Source: Sarea resinae (Eukaryota). From it: a stretch of DNA of 20,000 nucleotides. The DNA lies in assembly GCA_026026165.1 (NCBI GenBank), contig JAPEUD010000008.1, positions 540,998-560,997 of the forward strand. Direction: 5' to 3'. The position numbers were made by a program, and so were the translations under genes. This document shows, one piece after another, positions 9,345 through 19,914 of this stretch (position 1 is the stretch's first letter; each line of letters begins with the position of its first letter). The notes beneath the pieces are model-generated. The model worked only from the letters and a program-made list of their open reading frames with translations, was not told where the DNA came from and searched no databases.

Positions 9345-10175
9345 ATGCCTACTCGCGCAACCAAGACAAGAAAGCAGTGCGTATCCCCTCTGTCAATCAG
9401 ATCCGTACGATCGAGAGCATGGCACTTCCCCTTCCAAGTCCTGCTTCAAGACACACTACCCATGTGTCTCAATTCTTCCCGCTTTCTCTGCGAGAGATAG
9501 ACGTCGCGCGGACTTGCAAACGCTTCGAGATCCAAAAGACTGACACATGTTTTTCTGCAGCCGTGGCCACGTCTCGGCCGGTCACGGTCGTATCGGCAAG
9601 CACCGCAAGCATCCCGGTGGTCGCGGTATGGCTGGTGGTCAGCACCACCACCGAACAAACTTGGACAAGTACCATCCTGGTTACTTTGGAAAGGTCGGCA
9701 TGCGGTATTTCCACAAGCTCCAGAACCAATTCTGGAAGCCCATCATCAACCTCGATAAGGTGCGTCTTTGGACTTTTCATACTCGGGCAGTGGGCTTGGC
9801 AGATGTGCTGGGAGGTGAAGGATAGCGGAAGGGAATAGGGCTTCGCGAACAGAAACGAGTACAAGGAGCAGATTGAAAGCTTCTCTTGGAGGCAGTCTTC
9901 AGCTTTTTAAAATGTTGGAGCAATGTCGCTGATGGCTCGTGCACCCTCTATAGCTATGGACTCTTGTCCCCGCCGAGAAGCGCGCAGAATTTCTCTCCGC
10001 AGAGAAGAAGTCCGACACCGTCCCCGTCCTCGACCTCCTCCCATTGGGCTACTCAAAGGTGCTAGGAAAGGGCCGAATCCCAGAGGTTCCTCTTGTCGTT
10101 CGAGCACGGTACTTCAGCAAGGAGGCAGAACGGAAGATCAAGGAGGCTGGTGGCATCGTTGAGTTGGTGGCATAG
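9345..10175 (+). CDS. RPL28: 60S ribosomal protein uL15 (yeast L28 / L27a), 150 aa; exons 9345-9376, 9561-9759, 9954-10175
   Basis: [62 protein letters not shown]...INLDK-LWTLVP...KVLGKGRIP...[13 protein letters not shown]. Introns 9377-9560 and 9760-9953. Confidence 0.97.
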
Positions 10176-10617
10176 GTTGTTGTTTGTGCATGGGTTGATT
10201 GCTGCTGCGTGAGGGGAAGGAAAATCGGCGCGGCGGTAGGCAAACGTTTTCTCGTGTAAAGCTCGAGTAAAAGAGGAAAACCAGATCATTCTTCTTCGAA
10301 AGTTTCCCGCGCTAGGGAGTCTGGAACAATGGAATTCCGTTACGACCACGTTACATCTCTGTTGTGTGCGCGAACATCACCTGCGCAACGAGCCTATTTG
10401 TAATCAATGGCTGATGTTGTCCTGCGAAATTTGGGTGTTGATTACTTGATAATGATGAATCTCCAAAATCCCAAATCAAAAGAATCAGCAGAAACACCCT
10501 GTCCTTAAATAATGCAACTACTGAAACCGTATACGAAAAAGAGGATCCGAAAAAATGCAGCAGCAGCAACGAGAGAAATACAGAGCTCTTGCAACACCGT
10601 AACCCCTTCCCTAACAT

Positions 10618-12269
10618 TCACAACATCTCCATCTCATCCTCTTCAGCCCCACTCTCCCCGGCTCCAGCAAGAAATTCATGCTGCAGCGCATCCTCGGCCG
10701 AGATCCTTCGACTTGGATCCAATTCCAAACACCTTGCCAGAAACCTTACCGCCAGCGCCTCATCAGTACTCAGCTTCTGCTCCCCGGAGCCATTCTCATC
10801 CTTGCCATTCCGACACGTCGACCACAAGACAATACGCTCAAGGCTGTACCCGCGCTCGCCGATGGTGGGGATGGTGCTCTCGAATACATTGCCGTGGAGC
10901 AGCGCGCAGGCTTTCATACGCTTAGCGCCGAAAATGGTGGCGATTTCGATCATTGCTTCTACGTCGTCCGCCGAATTGAAGAAAGGGAATCGCCGCGAGA
11001 GGATGGTCAGGAGGATGACGCCGGCGGACCAGATGTCGATTTTGGTTGTTTGACTCGTGCATTTGAGGAGGACCTCCGGGGCGCGAAACCCACGCGTGCC
11101 TGCGCGGTTGGCGCGCCGCGAAGGCCGAGGGTCGTTTTTGGGGTAGCCTCCTGCGCTGCGGAGGTGGGCAGAGACGCTTGTGGCTATTCTTTGGCGTCTG
11201 GTGGAAGGATCTACTTGGCAGATGCAGTCGGTGCAGTCTGTCCCTTCTCGCTGGACGTGTGTCAGTAGACGCTTGATAGACGAGAGGTCAAGAGGGTCTG
11301 GGATTTACCTCGGCCAGACCAAAGTCCACGAGAACACCTCTTCGCCTGTCAATATCGTAGAGAAAATTGCTTGTAAAGTCAGAATGATATTACGTGCGCA
11401 ATGGGGATTGATGTTTCTTACGTAGGCTTGATGTCACGATGAAGAATTAGATGGCTGTGAACCGCAGCCAAGGCCGTGAAAAGCGACTTGAAATATATCC
11501 GCATGTCTGATATCGTAAAGTCTCGAAAGTAATCCTATTCCAGTCAATCATTCAGTCTCTGCCATTGCAAATTCGGGTTGAACTTACTCGGAAGTCCACA
11601 TGGCGAAAGTACGGCAGTACCGCCACGACCTGGTCCTGATGCCGAAAGGCGGTGATCAGTGGGCACACAGAGTCGTACCCTTTGAGATCATAGAGGAGTT
11701 CCAGTTCGTTCTGGATGCGAATAGGGCTGCTCGTGACGTAGATCTTCTTGATGGCAACGTACTGGGGTTTTCTTCGCCGTCTTTGGCCGGTGCTACCTGT
11801 GTCCTCGTCGCCTGTCCGTCGTTTCTTTGATGGTGGTGAAGTCCATTTCAGGCTTTCGTTCTGCTCGAGGTCCCAATCGTTCCTGTATTTGTGATAGAGG
11901 AGGTCCTCTGCTTTGTAGACAGTGGAGAATGTTCCTGTCATGATATAAGTAACTGTGAAGTGCGGCTTTTGAAATGGAAGCGCTGTAGTGGTTACCTTCT
12001 CCAATGCGGTTGATCAAGCGAAACCGATTCGATATTCCCTTGAATGACTGCTCGAACCTCTTGATGTCTTCTGCGACCGACTCATCCACAACATCATCGC
12101 TGTCGTCTGAATTCTCCGACCCCTCTTCATCCTGAGAATCGTCTTCATCCAGATAGAATTGCCTCCTCTCTTCCTCGTGGTCATATATCTCTCCCTCGAG
12201 ACGATCCTGGTGAATATGGAAAGGATCTCGACCTAATCCCGCTCCTGTTGCCCCCGCCTTGGACGCCAT
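10618..12269 (-). CDS. CDC7: Cdc7/Hsk1 (DDK catalytic subunit) Ser/Thr kinase, about 475 aa; exons 12269-11996, 11934-11588, 11534-11422, 11369-11309, 11250-10618
   Basis: RIGEGTFSTVYKAED, VAIKKIYVTSSPIRIQNELELL, HRDIKPTNFL, LVDFGLAE and RRANRAGTRGFRAPEVLLKC are Cdc7-type motifs. Four GT-AG introns give a 1428-nt frame. An in-frame upstream ATG exists at 12344. Confidence 0.95.
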
Positions 12270-12715
12270 TGCTGTTCGTGTTTGATTGGGTGACGATATG
12301 AGAGGGGCTCCACCGTGATCAGTCTGGTCCACAGTCGTCTTCATAAGGGGTGGTGCAACCTGATCGACATGGTGCTTGTGAGGGGCATATGACAATTGCT
12401 CATTACAGTACTGGGGAGACGCGAAGTGCCAGCCATTGCTATGCTAATCTATTTACTTGGGGTCCGATACGCGCACGCTAGTCTGGAAAAGGAAGAAACA
12501 CAACAACGGCTGACGGGCAAATTCCGAGTACACAAACCCACCTAACGCATACACGTCAAATCCGTCGCGGATCCTGAGGTTCCATCCACCGTTTTCGTTG
12601 ACATCGCGGCAATATTGCACCCTTCGAGTCTTGCACGCAGAGCAACCATACTCATTTTGTCATTGAAGAAACCTCATCATAAGTCAGGCAAGGTATACTT
12701 GCCCTTCTCGGCGCC
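12270..12715. promoter_or_regulatory. Divergent promoter region shared by CDC7 and YCS4, with MCB/SCB-like CGCG cores
   Basis: 446 bp between head-to-head start codons; ACGCGAA at 12419-12425, ACGCG at 12469-12473, TCGCG at 12565-12569 and 12604-12608. Confidence 0.55.
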
Positions 12716-15700
12716 ATGGGTGACCGAGTGGACTTCGACCTGAACGAATCCCTCAAGCATTACTTGAGCGACCCCGCAGCTGTGCCTACATCGGAGGCAG
12801 ACTCGGCTTTGTTGGACTGTGAGGACAACCCCGAGTCGCTCACGAACGCGCTCATCAACGGGGTCTTGAATCCTATCGTGGACGGAGTGGCGGAGAACCC
12901 AGAAGCCATAACCAGAGCTTCGTCGTTTGACTCCCTGCAATTCTTGCTCAAGTGCGCTCCCACCATTCCTAAAACACTCCAAGAATATCAAAAAGAGCCT
13001 GAATCTGAACTGTTCCAACTATCCAGGGCAACTTCCCAGATCCCGACACATGCGCTGAGCAAGGTGTTTGACCTTGTCTCTTCCGGTCTCTCTGCCGAGG
13101 CCGACCTCACCCACAACGATATCGAAGCTGATGAACAGGATGTGGTTCAGCACCACAAACGACTCCTGGAGATATACGGCTTCTTGATGCAATGGGCCAT
13201 CTCGGCAGTCGAGGTAAAGGCTGCCGAGAAACCTGCCACAGCATCCGCAGCTAGAGGTCGTGGAGCCGGCAAGAATGCGAAGACAAAACAGGGCGCAAAA
13301 GATGGTAGTTGGGATGCTTCCGCTCAAATTCAAGTAGCGCTTGATATCATGTGCAAGGTCCTGAAGTTGAAGCTTGCGAAAATCTTTGTGACTACCTCTG
13401 AGCGAGACACGTTTGTTAACCTTTTCACTCGGCCAGCCTACCTAATACTCGAGAACGAGGCACGAGTCAAGAGCACCTCCATCCGGATGTATACCTTCAA
13501 AGTCCTCTGTATAGCTGTCAAGCATCACGGACACGCTTTCGGTACGTCGAACAAGATGAAGATTTAGTCGAGGGTATTGACAGTAGCTCACAGGGGCCCA
13601 AACGTCTATTATTCAAAATCTATCCTACTTCGAGCATCTATCCGAGCCGATGGCCGAATTTCTGCACATCTTGGCCGAACAATATGACTATCCGCAATTG
13701 ACGGATGAGATTCTTAGGTATGCGGAAGCGATGCGAATTCTGAAGTCATACTGACGTCCTCGAAGAGAATTGAGCAACAAAGAGTTCAATAGCAATGATA
13801 CCAAGGGACCAAAATCTGTTTCAACTTTCATAATCAAGCTGTCCGAGCTCGCTCCTCGTCTTGTCATTAAGCAGATGACCATGCTTGCAAAACAGTTAGA
13901 CAGCGAGGTAAGAGAGCCTCTTGAGACAATGTACTCTATGGCTGACTGAATAGTCATATACTTTACGATGCGCCATCATTGAAGTCTGCGGAAATCTCAT
14001 TGCGGATCTAAGCAAGCAAGAAGAGCGAAACGAGAACCATAAAACGCAGATCAATGCATTCTTCGATGTCCTCGAAGAAAGATTCCTCGACATAAACCCA
14101 TACTGCAGATGTCGAGCCATCCAAGTTTACGTCAAACTTTGCGAACTGGAGACAAAGTTTCCGAAGCGTCGTCAAACTGTTGCCGAGCTCGCTGCCCGAA
14201 GCTTGGAAGACAAGAGCAGCAATGTTCGAAGAAACGCGATAAAATTACTGGGCAGATTGGTCTCAACTCACCCGTTTAGCGTCATGCACGGGGGTCAGCT
14301 TTCGTTCAAAGATTGGAATGATCGACTCGAGGCTGTTGAGGCGGAACTCAATGCACTGAAGCCACCTGTCAATTCGCCCGGTCTCGCCGAGAAAAGATCG
14401 GCTGTTGATACGACTGTAGATGAAGTCTTGCTGGATGACGCTACCCAGATTGAAAATGAGGCCCCTAAAAGCCCGGCACCAATGACTGAGGAGCAGAAGA
14501 TGGCCGCATTGCAAAAGGCTTCTGAGGAAGCCGCAACATCGGAGGCAATGTCAAGGCTACAATTAACAAGACGATATTACGTTGAAGCGATTCGCTTCAT
14601 CGAGACATTGCACAAGGCGTCGGGTATCATCTGCCAGCTACTGTCCTCGAAAAACAAGAGCGAAGTTATCGAGGCAATGGACTTTTTTGTCATTCTCGAC
14701 GCGTACAAGGTTGAGACTGCGAGGTTGGGAATTCGACGGATGCTGCGACTGATCTGGACCAAGGGCAACAGCGATGAGGGAAAAGGCGTACAGAGCCATC
14801 TCATTGAATGTTATAAAGGGCTATTCTTCGAAGCTCCTGACTCTTTTAGCAGCAACGACGCAGCCAACTACATTGCCCGCAACATGATCAGTCTCACGTT
14901 TGGCGCTACTCCAGCTGAGCTAACATCGCTGGAGCAATTGCTGAGCACAATGATGAAAGCCGACCACATCTCCGACCTCGTTATTACGAAATTGTGGCAG
15001 GTATATGGTGTGCAGAGAAAGGATATTTCGAAGAACCAGAGACGAGGAGCAATCATCATCCTCGGAATGTTAGCGATGGCGGATCCGGAAATCGTAATAA
15101 AAGAGATGGAGACGATGCTCAGGATTGGACTAGGAAGCCTTGGACGGTCTGATTTAGGTCTTGCAAAGTATACATGCATCGCACTCAGGAGGATGAATCC
15201 CGGCGGAAGCAAAACTAAGGGTATGCCTCAAACTGCTCTGTGAAATCTGATGGCAGAAACTTACACTCTTAGAATCATCAATGGCGACTTCGAAATTAGC
15301 GAACGACCATGCCGTACTTACCAAATTGGCCGCCATTACGGAGATAGTCTGTGACAGCAAAGAATGGTATTACATTTGCTATCGCATTGATACCTAAACG
15401 CTGACTATCGATAGGTTTGGTGTTGCGGAACAGGCAATTGGAGCTATTTATGCTCTCTCAAAGCATCCTGATACATTGTGCTCTGAGATTCTGCGCCGTA
15501 AGACGAAACATGTCTTCCAACAACCGAGTCGAGAAACATCGCCCCAAGCAGAAGCTAGTGCCGAGGACGAGAATGAGGCCGCATCTATACCACAGGAGAC
15601 TACGTCCGGAAAGCCGCAGAATAAATCTCTCGGACTTTCGCAGCTCCTCTTTCTGGTTGGCCATATCGCCATCAAGCAGATCGTGCATCTCGAATTATGC

Positions 15701-16681
15701 GAGATGGACTTTAAGCGCAGAAAGGCAGAGCAAGAGAAGAATAGACCATCTGACGCGTCTCCGACTAAAGCGGGATCTACAGATCAGGACGAGCTGGATC
15801 TCATCGGCGGGACAACAGAAGATGATTTCACTGAGGCCATGTTGCACATCCGAGAGCGTGAATTGCTTTACGGGGAGAACTCTCTGTTGGCAAACTTCGG
15901 ACCCCTCGTCACAGAGATCTGCTCGAACAACACAGCATACCGCGACAGAAATCTCCAGGCTGCTGCTACTCTTTGCTTGGCCAAATTGATGTGTGTTTCT
16001 TCCGAATACTGTGAGGCGAATCTGCCATTACTCATCACTATCCTCGAGCGATCAAAGGATCCGATAATTCGAAGCAATGTTGTGATCGCACTTGGAGACA
16101 TGGCGGTGTGCTTCAATCATCTGATTGACGAGAACACCGATTTCCTTTATCGGCGTCTCAACGACAATGATGCTTCGGTCAAACGGACCTGTCTGATGAC
16201 CTTGACCTTCCTCATCCTTGCTGGACAAGTCAAGGTGAAGGGTCAACTTGGCGAGATGGCGAAGTGTCTGGAGGACTCCGACAAGAGAATTGCTGATCTG
16301 TCGAGAATGTTCTTCACAGAGCTTGCGACAAAAGATAATGCGGTCTACAACCATTTCGTGGACATGTTTTCCTTGCTGAGCGCCGAGAAGGACCTCGAGG
16401 AAGAGTCATTAAAAAGAATCATCAAATTCCTTGCTTCTTTTATTGAAAAGGTGAGAACGTTGTTCCTGGTATCTAGAACGATGTGACGGGAAGCTAATGA
16501 CATGTTGTAGGACAAGCACGCTAAACAGCTTGCAGACAAGCTGGCGGCACGCCTTACTCGCTGTGAGAGCGAAAGGCAATGGAATGATGTCGCCTATGCA
16601 CTCTCCCTTTTGCAGCATAAGAATGAGGAAATCCAAAAGACTGTCAGCGCAGGCTTCCGGGTAGTCCAGGCAAATGCCTGA
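12716..16681 (+). CDS. YCS4: Condensin HEAT-repeat subunit Ycs4/Cnd1/CAP-D2, about 1194 aa (1219 aa if 12952-13026 is retained); exons 12716-12951, 13027-13541, 13594-13717, 13766-13907, 13954-15220, 15273-15366, 15415-16450, 16511-16681
   Basis: Motifs LEDKSSNVRRNAIKLL, DELDLIGGTTEDDF, AAATLCLAKLMCVSSEYCEANLPLL, IRSNVVIALGDMAVCFNHLIDENTDFLYRRL and LILAGQVKVKGQLGEMAKCLED. All introns are GT-AG and frame-consistent. Confidence 0.95.
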
Positions 16682-16782
16682 AGAGTTCCAATTTCGTCCG
16701 GAGTTAATGGTGGTCTGGACGATGGTGGGACGGTCGCCCTTTCGGCGTTGGCAGAGGAATGTTCAAGTAATGGGTCATGTCC

Positions 16783-17472
16783 TTAGGCGTCAGGTGGTGC
16801 GGGTGCAGTACCGTCGTAAATATCATCGTATTCTCCCGTTCGCATGTAGCCTATCCCTTCCTTGACGTAGAGCACTAGCCTAAAGGCAGTGTTGCCATTC
16901 AGATAGTATCGATGCAAACGCTTGCTCCGGAGAAAGCCAAGACGTTCGTAGAGCTTCATGGCTGCCGTGTTGGTTACCTCGGTCTCAAGTGCAATCTGTT
17001 CTTGCTTCAGCAGAAGGACCCCTAGAAGGACAGTGTCGACTCGGATACCTCGTCCGCATCGCGCTCGATCATGGCATCGATGGCCATGCGCACCAGCTTC
17101 GTCGCTATGCCCTTCCCTCGATATTCCTGTTTCACTGCTAGCATGGCAATGTAGCCCCTCAGCGGTCCGCCTCGATGAAGCTCGAGCTTCGAGACCACTA
17201 CTCCGACAACGTTCCCATGCTGGTCCAGTGTCTACAACGGTCTTAGCAAAGGGTAAGTTGCTCGCAATCGAGGTGTCCTTTACCATGTAGCAGAGGTCGC
17301 CCCATTGATAGAGAAAGTAACGATAGACGTAAATGCTGTAGGGCTCGGAGAGATCTCTGGAGATCAATTGGCGGATGGCGGAGAGATATTCGTCTTCTTT
17401 GCTGCTGTGGTATTGGACGTACTGGAGATCTGAGGGGCCCGATTGCGCCACCTCGGACGCCTGCTCACTCAT
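16783..17472 (-). CDS. MAK3: N-alpha-acetyltransferase 30 (NatC catalytic subunit, GNAT family), 194 aa; exons 17472-17284, 17231-17049, 16995-16783
   Basis: DLSEPYSIYVYRYFLYQWGDLC, RGYIAMLAVKQEYRGKGIATKLV (acetyl-CoA motif, in frame only after splicing) and IALETEVTNTAAMKLYERLGFLRSKRLHRYYLNGNTAFRL. Introns 17283-17232 and 17048-16996. Confidence 0.93.
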   Translation of the reverse strand: MSEQASEVAQSGPSDLQYVQYHSSKEDEYLSAIRQLISRDLSEPYSIYVYRYFLYQWGDLCYMVKDTSIASNLPFAKTVVDTGPAWERCRSSGLEARASSRRTAEGLHCHASSETGISREGHSDEAGAHGHRCHDRARCGRGIRVDTVLLGVLLLKQEQIALETEVTNTAAMKLYERLGFLRSKRLHRYYLNGNTAFRLVLYVKEGIGYMRTGEYDDIYDGTAPAPPDA

Positions 17473-18012
17473 GCCGCACGGCGGTCCCGGTGTTCCCTGG
17501 CTGTCCGGATACAAGTCCGTGGACCACGCCTGATGGCCGGATGAGTGGGTGTGGGAAGACTCGGTGAAGGCGCCGCTGAGCTTCAACCGCCATACGCGTT
17601 CCAAATCTGCGAGCTAGACGTCTCCGTCGTTTTGTTCTCGGCCGGACGTTGATGCGCTTTGTGACGTCGCGGCGCCCCGTGTTCCGGAGGGGAGTACGGA
17701 GTTCGGAGGAGGCTGAGTCGCGTACTCCGGAGCAGGTGCCCAACGCTCCCTCCAGGCTGGCCGATTCCGATAAGATGCGGTAACAGGCAGGTCATGTCTA
17801 CTTCTCTGAAGTATGGGAGCTCAGCGTCATGGTCAAGTACCGTGTACCGCTTAGGTAGCACGATCGATCCAATTACTCCACTACTAGCTAGTACTACTGC
17901 AGCACAGCCAGGTATCAATTATATTGAGATCCCATGTGAAATATAAACAAAATCATCATCCAATATTCCCGCCTGTCGTCTTCCTGTCGCCCTTCAGCAA
18001 CCTCCACTTCAA

Positions 18013-18062
18013 CTCTTCCGCTCTTCCTCTCTTTTCTTCTTTCTCTCTCTCTTTCTTTCTTC
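18013..18062 (+). promoter_or_regulatory. CT-rich (polypyrimidine) tract upstream of LRO1
   Basis: About 50 nt almost entirely C/T, ending about 50 nt before the ATG at 18111; such CT boxes are typical of filamentous-fungal core promoters and 5' UTRs. Confidence 0.5.
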
Positions 18063-18110
18063 GTCGGAGAGCGTGTGAGCCTGAAGCCATCAAAGGCCCA
18101 GCTCGCCGGA

Positions 18111-19914
18111 ATGTCGTTCATACGACGGCGCATTCTCGGCGACTCGCCCGCGGCCTCGACAGAGCCCTCGCGCGAGGTCACCCCCGAGAAGGGCGAAGAA
18201 GTGCGGATGGTGTCGGTGGCAAAGCTGAACAAATTGAAACACAAAGGTCGGAAGCGCCGGAATGGGATCGTCTTTACGCTGGGAGGGTTGGTCGGCCTGG
18301 TTCTGGCGGCTTTTTTTGCGGATAGACACGACGTCATACAATTGGACTCGTTGACCGATTTCAATATGGATGCCTTGATGGACGCTATCCCCGCTGGGAT
18401 ATTGCGAGACGCACGGGAGCTGTCGGTATGCTATATCGCAGCTTGTTTTCCGCAATTTCATCTCACCCGGAAATAACGATTGAGGCTAATGATCTTCTCC
18501 TCTTGTCAGCAACATGAACGCGATGCCGTAAACTACGATTCCTTCGCCGTGGGCATGCAACTTCGCAACCAAGGCATTACCGCCAACCATCCCGTCATCA
18601 TGGTCCCGGGAGTCATCTCGACTGGCTTAGAAAGCTGGGGAACCGGCGAGGCCTCACGCCAGTATTTCAGGAAAAGGCTTTGGGGAAGCTGGAGCATGAT
18701 GCGCGCGCTAGTCATGGATCAAGCAAGTTGGAAGCAGCACATCATGCTTGACAAATACTCGGGATTGGACCCACCAGGCATCAAGCTTCGAGCTGCGCAA
18801 GGCTTCGACGCGACGGACTTCTTTGTGACGGGATATTGGATATGGAATAAGATTCTGGAGAACCTGGCGACTATTGGCTATGACCCTACCAATGCTTTTA
18901 CGGCGGCCTACGACTGGCGGCTGTCGTATATGAACATGGAAGTCAGGGATGCCTACTTCACTCGGCTGAAGAATCACATTGAAACGGCGGTCCAGATCTC
19001 GGGCAAGAAAACAGTCATCGTTTCACACAGCATGGGCTCGCAAGTACTCTTCTACTTCTTCCATTGGGCTGAAAGTGCCTCTCATGGTGGCGGCGGTCCG
19101 GATTGGGTAGATACATATATTGACAGCTGGATCAATATCTCCGGTTGCATGCTCGGCGCCCTGAAAGGAATGCCAGCGGTTCTCTCCGGTGAAATGAAAG
19201 ACACAGCCCAACTCAACGCCTTCGCCGTCTACGGGCTCGAGAAGTTTCTCTCCCGCGAAGAACGAACCGAGATTTTCCGCGCCATGCCAGGAATAAGCAG
19301 CATGCTCCCAAAGGGCGGCAACGCCGTCTGGGGCAACACCACCTGGGCCCCTGACGACACCCCGAATCAGGCTGTCTCCTACGGTACCTTCGTCAACTTC
19401 AAAGAACACAACTCCACACGTTCACCGCGCAACCTCACCGTCGACGAATCTCTCGACTACCTCTTCGCCAATTCGGAACCCTGGTACCGGGACGCGGTCC
19501 TCGCCAACTACTCGCACGGCATCGCGCACACCTCCTCGGAAGTCGAGGCCAACGAGTTCGATCCGCGCAAGTGGATCAACCCGCTCGAGACGCGTCTGCC
19601 CAAAGCGCCGAATCTTAAAGTCTACTGCTTTTACGGCATCGGCAAGCCAACGGAGCGCAGCTACTTCTACCGCGAGGAGCAGAGCCCGCTCACCAAGCTG
19701 AATGTCACCATCGACACGGGCATGACGCAGGGCGAAATTGATCACGGCGTTGTGATGGGTGAGGGCGATGGTACGGTGCCGTTACTCAGTAACGGGTACA
19801 TGTGCGCGCGCGGGTGGAAGATGAAGCGGTATAATCCCGCGGGCGCACAGGTCAAGGTGTTCGAAATGCCACATGAGCCAGATCGGTTCTCTCCGAGAGG
19901 CGGGCCAAATACTG
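18111..19914 (+). CDS. LRO1: Phospholipid:diacylglycerol acyltransferase (PDAT, LCAT family), 3'-truncated by the window; exons 18111-18425 and 18510-19914, next intron from 19915
   Basis: N-terminal basic stretch and TM segment (RKRRNGIVFTLGGLVGLVLAAFF), HPVIMVPGVISTGLESW, YFRKRLWGS, AAYDWRLS, nucleophile motif VSHSMG, GEGDGTV. Donor GTGAGT at 19915. Confidence 0.95.

Noticed and set aside
10512..11268. Several 137-196 aa plus-strand ORFs
   Set aside because: Antisense shadows of the GC-rich last exon of CDC7.
17465..18461. ORFs of 92-149 aa around the MAK3-LRO1 spacer
   Set aside because: They derive from GC-rich promoter DNA, the CT tract (read as R/E/K or F/S/L runs) and alternative frames of LRO1 exon 1.
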